The notes below the pieces were generated by a model. That model did not search any database and was not told where the DNA came from. It saw nothing but the letters and a program-made list of their open reading frames with translations. Of a DNA stretch of 64,000 nucleotides, positions 43,416 to 49,940 are shown in pieces. Numbering within the stretch: position 1 is the first letter of the stretch; every line of letters begins with the position of its first letter. This stretch comes from Candidatus Coproplasma sp. GTDB taxonomy: Bacteria > Bacillota > Clostridia > Christensenellales > Borkfalkiaceae. Position numbers and translations under genes: made by a program. Where the stretch lies: contig JBJEVB010000008.1 in the NCBI GenBank assembly GCA_051884155.1, positions 5,745 to 69,744 of the forward strand. Direction: 5' to 3'.

Positions 43416-43629
43416 AACAACTGACTTCAACGCCGCTTTATCCCTCCCTTGCGGCGAAAGTATAAAAGCGAGGTTCTGCCAAGCCTCGCCCATATCGGGA
43501 AATGGTGTAAAAGTAGCACACAGACGGCAAAGTTTGTAGAGGCGGTGCAATTCCGTGTTTTCCGACCAACGCCCTTAAGGGTGAATTAATTGACAGCACG
43601 GACAGACGGCAAAGTGAGGTATTTATCAA

Positions 43630-44076
43630 ATGGATAAGGAAACGAAAAAGACGGCAAACGTGGTAACGGAAACGCTTAACGGCAATCTTGTAATGGTTAG
43701 AGAGCCTATTGTTGGCAAGGACGGTAAACAGCTTATAACTAAAGACGGCAGACCGTTTTTTGCATACATAGTGCGTGGTAACGTGCGTGGTCAGGAAAAG
43801 AAGATTGACTTTATCCCTAAGGATAAGGGTGGTTATGAGCCTTTGGATATTATCTTCGATATATCCGATAAAGCAGAGCTTGTAATGACTGAAGAAGTTA
43901 TGACCAACGACGACGGAACTAAAACACCTTACACTTCATATAAGGCGCAGACGGTTGACGAGGACGGTGAAATTTGGGCTTGCGGTGTAAAGCCTCAACG
44001 TGACAGTGACAAGGCATTGCTTAATTTCTTGCTTATTTGTCTGCGTAAGTCGCAGAAGTCTAACACAGCGGCATAA
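43630..44076 (+). CDS. Hypothetical protein (island)
   Basis: 148-aa ORF with a GAGG RBS. No motif recognised. Confidence 0.6.
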   Translation: MDKETKKTANVVTETLNGNLVMVREPIVGKDGKQLITKDGRPFFAYIVRGNVRGQEKKIDFIPKDKGGYEPLDIIFDISDKAELVMTEEVMTNDDGTKTPYTSYKAQTVDEDGEIWACGVKPQRDSDKALLNFLLICLRKSQKSNTAA

Positions 44077-44091
44077 TTGAAATAAATATCA

Positions 44092-44133
44092 AGGGGGCGG
44101 CTGTAAATCAACTACCCCCTTTTTCTTCTTTTT
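44092..44133 (+). terminator. Intrinsic terminator
   Basis: AGGGGG-17 nt-CCCCCT followed by a T-rich run. Confidence 0.55.
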
Positions 44134-44142
44134 GTGAATATT

Positions 44143-44172
44143 CCCCGTACGGGGTGTTGTTCCCTGCAAGGG
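44143..44172 (+). promoter_or_regulatory. Double-hairpin motif, copy 1
   Basis: CCCCgtacGGGG-TGTTGTT-CCCTgcaAGGG. Near-identical copy at 53241-53270. Confidence 0.5.
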
Positions 44173-44195
44173 TGATTAAATACGAGGTGACGGAA

Positions 44196-44405
44196 TTGAA
44201 AGGCTTTATCGAAGTAACGGAACGTATGGAAAATTGTTCGGTGCTGTGTCCTATCGGGAAAATTACGGCGGTTATAGATACGGGTGACGGTGTATTTATC
44301 GAAACGGGTTTTGACGGTCGAGGCAAAAGCACGGGAATTTGCGTAACGGAAAGTTACGATATTATCAAACAAAAAATAAGCAAATGCGAGGTGAAATATG
44401 GCTAA
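44196..44405 (+). CDS. Hypothetical small protein (island)
   Basis: The ORF-track start at 44154 lies inside the hairpin motif. TTG 44196 follows a GAGGTG RBS. Confidence 0.45.
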   Translation: MKGFIEVTERMENCSVLCPIGKITAVIDTGDGVFIETGFDGRGKSTGICVTESYDIIKQKISKCEVKYG

Positions 44406-44763
44406 AAGAGTACCTTATTACAGTCCTGATAGGAAAATTTATCCTATGACTAAAACAGATTACGTTAAGCGTGGAAGTCGTTGGGTAGAAGTAAACAAAG
44501 AAACAGAGCTTATATCTCTTAATCAAACAAAAATGGTGCTGAATAAGCAGGGTTTGCCTTTTGAACGTTCTCACCGTTTGGAAAAGCGTGATAAATACGG
44601 ACATTTTAAGCCTTACGATACTTTTTCTTCCATTTCCCCTGACGGTCAGAATAAAAGTACGTGGTACGTAGATTGGGTTAAGGGTGACGATAATTATCGT
44701 AGGTTGCAATACCAAAGTGTTGGAGCTAAACAGGCTTGGCGAAAAAGAAAAGGTAATAAGTAG
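44398..44763 (+). CDS. Hypothetical basic protein (island)
   Basis: 121 aa, Lys/Arg-rich. Its start overlaps the stop of the upstream ORF. Confidence 0.55.
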   Translation: MAKRVPYYSPDRKIYPMTKTDYVKRGSRWVEVNKETELISLNQTKMVLNKQGLPFERSHRLEKRDKYGHFKPYDTFSSISPDGQNKSTWYVDWVKGDDNYRRLQYQSVGAKQAWRKRKGNK

Positions 44764-44773
44764 GTAAAAAGCT

Positions 44774-45454
44774 ATGTCAAATTACGATTTAAACAGACAT
44801 AAAAAGGGTGATAAGGTCAAATGGGTTTTGACCTTAATTGTAGGAATATTGCTCGCTGCTGCTTGTGCGGCGGCATTGACAATGGGCATTAAAAATAACG
44901 GTTGGTTTAAGCCTACCGAAAACACGCCCGTTGAAGATACGGGTGGAATTACAGACCCTGATGATAATACAGGTGAAGATAATGGCGGTGGAATTACTGA
45001 CCCTGACGACAATACGGGCGAGGATAACGGCGGTGAGACAACTGACCCTGACGATAACACGGGTGAGGATAACGGCGGTGAAACAATCGTTACTGTTCTT
45101 CAAAGTGCAACTTTTGACGGTGCAGACGGTATTTCAAGTAATAGCTTTTTTACCGTAACGGGTAATCAGTCCACGGGTACTTATACAACGCCCGTTGGTG
45201 AGCTGACTAAGGCATTAAAGGTTGAAAGTTCTACTTCCATTGCGTTTACTACGGAAGTCACCACCACCGTTACGATTTATACAACTGAAACATATGTTGG
45301 TAAAACTATTAAGGTGGACGGAACGGCTTATACATTTGCCGCAGACGAGGACGGCTATATTGTAGCTAAGGCAGAGCTTGCGGCAGGCGCACACACAATT
45401 ACTAAGGGCGATACGGCGGTGTTTACATACTTAACGTTGACTACGGTTAAATAA
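44774..45454 (+). CDS. N-terminally membrane-anchored protein with acidic 15-aa repeats
   Basis: MSNYDLNRHKKGDKVKW followed by a TM span, then three copies of G(G/E)(I/T)TDPDDNTGEDNG. Confidence 0.65.
   Translation: MSNYDLNRHKKGDKVKWVLTLIVGILLAAACAAALTMGIKNNGWFKPTENTPVEDTGGITDPDDNTGEDNGGGITDPDDNTGEDNGGETTDPDDNTGEDNGGETIVTVLQSATFDGADGISSNSFFTVTGNQSTGTYTTPVGELTKALKVESSTSIAFTTEVTTTVTIYTTETYVGKTIKVDGTAYTFAADEDGYIVAKAELAAGAHTITKGDTAVFTYLTLTTVK
44942..45076 (+). repeat. 3 x 45-bp in-frame tandem repeat
   Basis: The copies differ mainly at synonymous positions. Confidence 0.8.
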
Positions 45455-45482
45455 AAAATAATAAAAAGGCGGGTAAAATTTT

Positions 45483-46535
45483 ATGTCAAATTACTATTTA
45501 AACAGGCACAAAAAGAGCGACAAGGTTAAGTGGTTTTTCACAGGCTTAGCGTTTTTCCTTGTCATTATAACGATTGTGGGAATGTGTTTACAGCTTTGGG
45601 GCAAAGGTAAGGTTAAGCCTTCCGAGTGGTTTAAGCACGAAGAAACCGAGCAGACTACCCCTACTACGCCCGAAAACGAGAATAGCGCAGTAGTAAGCGA
45701 CGGTGATAGCAACGGTATGTTGTTAGTTGCAAGCGCAATTCCCCTTAATTCTTATGAAGAATACGGCGTATCTGCTTTAGCGGAAAACGCGCAGTTGATA
45801 ACTGCAACCTTTACCCCTGAAGCTACTACTAACAAAAACGTTACTTGGTCTTGTAGTGATACAAGCGGTAAAGTAACTGTTACACCCGTGAGTGGTAATC
45901 CTTTGCAAGCAACTGTTGCTGTATCGGGTGCTTTTGGTACTCAGGTAACTATAACCTGTACCTCTCAGGCGAATTCCGCAATTAAAGCAACCTGCACTGT
46001 TGATTATGTGAAACATTATGCTTGGAACAGTGTACTTCTTTCGGATAATACTTCAATAAAAGACGAGTGGTCTGGTTATTTATATCCTTCTTTTGGTACG
46101 GGTACTTTAAGTCCTACGTCCTGCGTTGGTGAAGTATGGTTGTATTTAGACGGGAATTTATACACCTATCTTAAGGCTAATCATAGTACTGTTCAATCTT
46201 CAAAATGCCTTAATTCAAGTGCTGACGAAATGAATAACGAAGGTTCTTACTACATTAAAGACCTTTTCGGTACGACTAATGAAAGCGAGATTAACAGCAT
46301 TTACGCCGATATTGCTAAGTACTATTACGGTCAAGAAGACGTTGAAGTAGGAACGTTAACTTATGAAAATGTTCACTTCTATTATAACGGCATTGAAACG
46401 AGTTACGCCGACGGGGATAGTGTTGTTGAGACCACTTTAATTATAAATTCCTTCTCGGATATAAACGTTGCCCCTACAAGCCTTTCGCTTAGCGACGGCG
46501 GTTTAATCTTTGGGGCAAACGGCGCAATAGCTTAA
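45483..46535 (+). CDS. N-terminally membrane-anchored protein with Ig-like (Big_2-like) segment
   Basis: The anchor MSNYYLNRHKKSDKVKW+TM is paralogous to that of the previous gene. VTWSCSD...VTITCTSQ... is Ig-like. Confidence 0.65.
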   Translation: MSNYYLNRHKKSDKVKWFFTGLAFFLVIITIVGMCLQLWGKGKVKPSEWFKHEETEQTTPTTPENENSAVVSDGDSNGMLLVASAIPLNSYEEYGVSALAENAQLITATFTPEATTNKNVTWSCSDTSGKVTVTPVSGNPLQATVAVSGAFGTQVTITCTSQANSAIKATCTVDYVKHYAWNSVLLSDNTSIKDEWSGYLYPSFGTGTLSPTSCVGEVWLYLDGNLYTYLKANHSTVQSSKCLNSSADEMNNEGSYYIKDLFGTTNESEINSIYADIAKYYYGQEDVEVGTLTYENVHFYYNGIETSYADGDSVVETTLIINSFSDINVAPTSLSLSDGGLIFGANGAIA

Positions 46536-46549
46536 TTTTGGGGTGAAGT

Positions 46550-47164
46550 ATGAGCAATAAAATGTCACGGGGCGGTGTTGGCTCTAAAATAGCATATGCA
46601 ATAATCGTCGTTTTCGTCGTGCTTTTATTGCTTGCTGTCGTCGGTTTCTTTGCTAAGTTCACTAACGGTTTTACTTCCGATTTTGCACCGTTTTACGTAG
46701 AGTACGACGGTAAGACGATAACTTCCGATAAAGACGGATACAGTTTTGTAGTTGGTAACAAATACGAATTTAAGGTTGGGTATTCTTTGGACTTTTTGAA
46801 TAAAGACAAGCTTACCTATAGCGTAAAAGTCGTACCAAACGTTACGGAAAATACGGACTTTAAATATGAAACAGCAGACGGACTTTACAAGTTTTCGGAT
46901 ATAGAAGATTTAACGCAGTTTTTCGAGATTGAAAAGGGCGAAAACGGGTTCACTCTGTCTACGAATTATACTTTGCAAAAAATGTTTACGCAGATTTACG
47001 GTGAAACGGTTTCGGGTGTTCCAACGGAATATGGTTCGGAAGATTATTTAAAGCTTGTTGTGTCGAGCGAGGACGGTTCTAAGATTATTAATTTGTCTTT
47101 CAATACTATCTTTGTTCTTCCTGAAAGTATTGTGCTGAATAAGACTTCTTTAGTCTTTTGGTGA
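46550..47164 (+). CDS. N-terminally membrane-anchored protein
   Basis: 204 aa with a single TM span near the N-terminus. Confidence 0.6.
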   Translation: MSNKMSRGGVGSKIAYAIIVVFVVLLLLAVVGFFAKFTNGFTSDFAPFYVEYDGKTITSDKDGYSFVVGNKYEFKVGYSLDFLNKDKLTYSVKVVPNVTENTDFKYETADGLYKFSDIEDLTQFFEIEKGENGFTLSTNYTLQKMFTQIYGETVSGVPTEYGSEDYLKLVVSSEDGSKIINLSFNTIFVLPESIVLNKTSLVFW

Positions 47165-47168
47165 GTTT

Positions 47169-48587
47169 ATGAAAAAGATTTTAACTAAAGTTACATATAC
47201 GATAGCGGCTTTGGTTGCTATGTTCATATTCATTATCTCCTCCATTGTGGGTGGCGGTGTGGGGTCAGCCTATGCCGCCACTTCCACTATTGAATATTCC
47301 AACGTTTTGGACGACTTGAAAAAGGACAGTAGTTTCAATGCTTCTTACTATCCGGAAAAGGCAGACGATTACAGCTTGCAGATAATTCAGCTTGCTGAAA
47401 GTTCGGACAAGGAATTGTTCGTGTATGTGTATCAACCGAGCGGACAGATTAAAAAGCTTACGGCGTGTTCAATCAATATTTCCACTACGATAAATGACGA
47501 TATAAGCTTCAACAACTATAAGCTCCAACTGCTTAATTCAAGCGGCGTATTTTTTAAATACAAGGTGAACGATTTTACAGTTAAGAGCGAGCCTACCCGT
47601 TATTATGCGATAAGTTCCATATACCGCCCTTTTGACGAAACGATAGACAGCGGTGCAGAATACGGCAATACCATTACGGAAGTAAATTACGACGTAAGTA
47701 AGCAATATTGCTTTTCTACGATTAACGGCAATCCTTTTGTGCAGGTTGTAGATATTGAAACGATAACAATAACGGATAAGTTCGTAGGTTTTGTTCGGTA
47801 TTCGGGCGGACACCATTTTTGGACTAATACGATGCCGTCGTGCGACGGTCATTTTATAGCGTTCAGTACGGACAAGCCTATTGAGAACCTTATTGAAGCG
47901 GACGTCTTTTTTACTAGTCAAAGCTATTACAGAGAGCGTGGCGTAGGCACTTCAAACAGTGAAAAATATGGCGATAAACTCGATAACACCGTCTGCGTTA
48001 CAGATAAAAAAGTCACCTATAACGGCGGCGGTTGGTGGGCTGGAACTTATAGTTGGGAACGTATCCAAACGGTTGACGAGTTCATTGCCGAAAACGACTT
48101 AACGCAGAACGTGTATTCGGGTGCAGTGTTTGACGTGAACGTGGCAAACAAAATTACCGACGAAGGCAAAGCAGCTTTACAAGATAAGCAATGGGTGTTG
48201 AATTTCTTTGAAACTGAATATAAATTCCAAATTACAGGCAGTGCCGCTTCTGGTACATATTCAGATAATACGTCGTTTACCATAGTTGGCGACGTAACAA
48301 TACTTCGCTTAAAGTTTGAAACGGACGGCGTTACTTACAATCTCGGCACGATAGATAACAAGGTTATAGGTAGCGATAAGCCGATAAACGAAGAAACGCA
48401 CGACGTTGTTGTAAACAATAGTGGTAATTTTATAGCCCTTATATTAGGCTTAATCGTTTTAATATTCTTGATAGTTCTTTTTGCGCCTCTTTTCGGTTCT
48501 ATAATAGGTCTTGTTGTAAAAGGCGTTGTGTGGGTGGTTTGCTTGCCGTTCAAGCTTATAGGTAAGCTGTTTAAGAAAAAGGAGTAA
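47169..48587 (+). CDS. Secreted protein with signal peptide and C-terminal membrane anchor (adsorption/spike-like architecture)
   Basis: Signal peptide ending AYA|AT. C-terminal hydrophobic spans followed by KLFKKKE. Confidence 0.65.
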   Translation: MKKILTKVTYTIAALVAMFIFIISSIVGGGVGSAYAATSTIEYSNVLDDLKKDSSFNASYYPEKADDYSLQIIQLAESSDKELFVYVYQPSGQIKKLTACSINISTTINDDISFNNYKLQLLNSSGVFFKYKVNDFTVKSEPTRYYAISSIYRPFDETIDSGAEYGNTITEVNYDVSKQYCFSTINGNPFVQVVDIETITITDKFVGFVRYSGGHHFWTNTMPSCDGHFIAFSTDKPIENLIEADVFFTSQSYYRERGVGTSNSEKYGDKLDNTVCVTDKKVTYNGGGWWAGTYSWERIQTVDEFIAENDLTQNVYSGAVFDVNVANKITDEGKAALQDKQWVLNFFETEYKFQITGSAASGTYSDNTSFTIVGDVTILRLKFETDGVTYNLGTIDNKVIGSDKPINEETHDVVVNNSGNFIALILGLIVLIFLIVLFAPLFGSIIGLVVKGVVWVVCLPFKLIGKLFKKKE

Positions 48588-48592
48588 TTATT

Positions 48593-49057
48593 ATGGCACA
48601 TAAGAAAAATAGTTTTCATTGTAAATCTGAAAAACAAAGAAAGGCAATAGCGGCAAGTTATGCGAGAAGAGCGACGGAAAGTAAATCAGTTTCTTCTCCT
48701 TTTGAAATGCATTTAGCTAAGATACAGAACGATTATATGTTTACTTCAAATGAACCACTTGGCGTGCATACTTACGCTGTATATACCGAGAATAACGAAG
48801 TTCGTGCAATTCCGACTACTCATTTATATGTTCCTGATAAAGAAAGAATGGATAAGCTTCATAAAGGTTTATTGTGTAAGGTTAAGTTTGCTGGATATGA
48901 AACGCCGAGTGGCGTAGAAAATCGTTATTACAACACTAATGCACAGGGTGGTAAAATTGATTTACAAGATAAACGTGTGCAAATTGATAAATCGCCACTT
49001 CCGCAAAAGCAAGCACTTACGATAAAAGAATTTGCAAAATTCTCTCGTAAACGGTGA
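48593..49057 (+). CDS. Hypothetical protein, distant paralogue of 52097-52555
   Basis: 154 aa. Shares a [YC]AV..E.N....P block and its position with the 152-aa ORF. Confidence 0.6.
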   Translation: MAHKKNSFHCKSEKQRKAIAASYARRATESKSVSSPFEMHLAKIQNDYMFTSNEPLGVHTYAVYTENNEVRAIPTTHLYVPDKERMDKLHKGLLCKVKFAGYETPSGVENRYYNTNAQGGKIDLQDKRVQIDKSPLPQKQALTIKEFAKFSRKR

Positions 49058-49059
49058 TA

Positions 49060-49200
49060 AAAAAAGAAAGGTCGCAGGCATGTTACTTTAAGCTCCTGCG
49101 ACTGAAAGAATTATAAAATTGCTTTTCCGGTAATATAACGGCGGACGTGTACGCCCCTATTCAAATAGGAAGTCCGACAAACGGAAATCGTCGTTACTGT
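49060..49200 (-). ncRNA. Candidate small RNA 1 (- strand, ~140 nt)
   Basis: Lies downstream of the TTGACT-17-TATAAT promoter. Ends at the GTCGCAGG/CCTGCGAC hairpin followed by CUUUCUUUUUUU. Confidence 0.55.
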
Positions 49201-49205
49201 TTGCA

Positions 49206-49234
49206 ATTATAAGGGATATTTAATAAAAAGTCAA
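49206..49234 (-). promoter_or_regulatory. Consensus sigma70 promoter for sRNA 1
   Basis: TTGACT-17 nt-TATAAT on the - strand. Confidence 0.7.
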
Positions 49235-49257
49235 ACGATTTTTGGCTTGTAAATAAA

Positions 49258-49278
49258 ATTGAAAATACACTTTCAAAA
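49258..49278 (+). promoter_or_regulatory. Palindromic motif ATTGAAAATACACTTTCAAAA, copy 1
   Basis: TTGAAA-6 nt-TTTCAA, 13 nt upstream of the ORF at 49291. Identical copies at 52943 and 55698. Confidence 0.5.
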
Positions 49279-49290
49279 AGGACGGTTATT

Positions 49291-49464
49291 ATGAAAGAAA
49301 ATCGCAGATTTAGAAAACGTACATATATTCAAGACTATTACGCAAAAAAGCGTAAGGCTGAACAAATTGACTGTTTATGCCCTTTATGTAAGCACTTTGA
49401 CGAAAAGTGTGGCGGTTGTACAAAAGGTCGTGAAAAGACCGAACGTGACGGGGTTTGGACATAA
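49291..49464 (+). CDS. 57-aa Cys-rich (Zn-ribbon-like) basic protein
   Basis: Too short for the ORF track. AAGGA RBS. CLCPLC...CGGC. Its stop overlaps the next start (TAATG). Confidence 0.5.
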   Translation: MKENRRFRKRTYIQDYYAKKRKAEQIDCLCPLCKHFDEKCGGCTKGREKTERDGVWT

Positions 49465-49688
49465 TGAATACAATGGATAGTCCTGTTCTGTCGGACAGGC
49501 AATATGAGAGATTTTTAAACTTGTGTGCTCGTGCAATCGGTACAATAAATAAGTTTATTAGTCTTAGGCAAATAACGGATATGGGTGACGGTAAATATAA
49601 GATTAACGTAGCGTATAAGGGTTATTACCCTTATCAAATGGTTTATGACGGAAAAAGAATTATTGAGTGTATGCGATTGTTGTGTTAA
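49464..49688 (+). CDS. Hypothetical small protein (island)
   Basis: ATG 49464 is translationally coupled to the upstream ORF. Confidence 0.5.
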   Translation: MNTMDSPVLSDRQYERFLNLCARAIGTINKFISLRQITDMGDGKYKINVAYKGYYPYQMVYDGKRIIECMRLLC

Positions 49689-49715
49689 ATAAAAGAATAT
49701 ATACGGGTTTATGAT

Positions 49716-49940
49716 ATGACTATTAATCAAATAATTATCTTAGTTGTTGCTGTCGTTATTATTGCTATTCTCGTGCCTGTTTTGATTGATATTATCAAGT
49801 CGGGCGTATTGCAAAGGTTTTTTGAACGAATTAGACGAATGCACGGTTTTAAAACGTTCAAGCGCATTATGTATGTACTTCTCGGTGTGTTGGTTGTGTT
49901 TGTTATAGGTTACTTTATTTATACGGCGGTGCAGTTGTGA
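49716..49940 (+). CDS. Small two-TM membrane protein
   Basis: 74 aa: two hydrophobic spans separated by a basic loop. Overlaps the next start. Confidence 0.6.
   Translation: MTINQIIILVVAVVIIAILVPVLIDIIKSGVLQRFFERIRRMHGFKTFKRIMYVLLGVLVVFVIGYFIYTAVQL

Noticed and set aside
44782-45158. Three overlapping 75-92-aa ORFs on both strands within the acidic-repeat region.
   Set aside because: They are generated by the 45-bp tandem repeat of the 44774-45454 gene and have no independent support.
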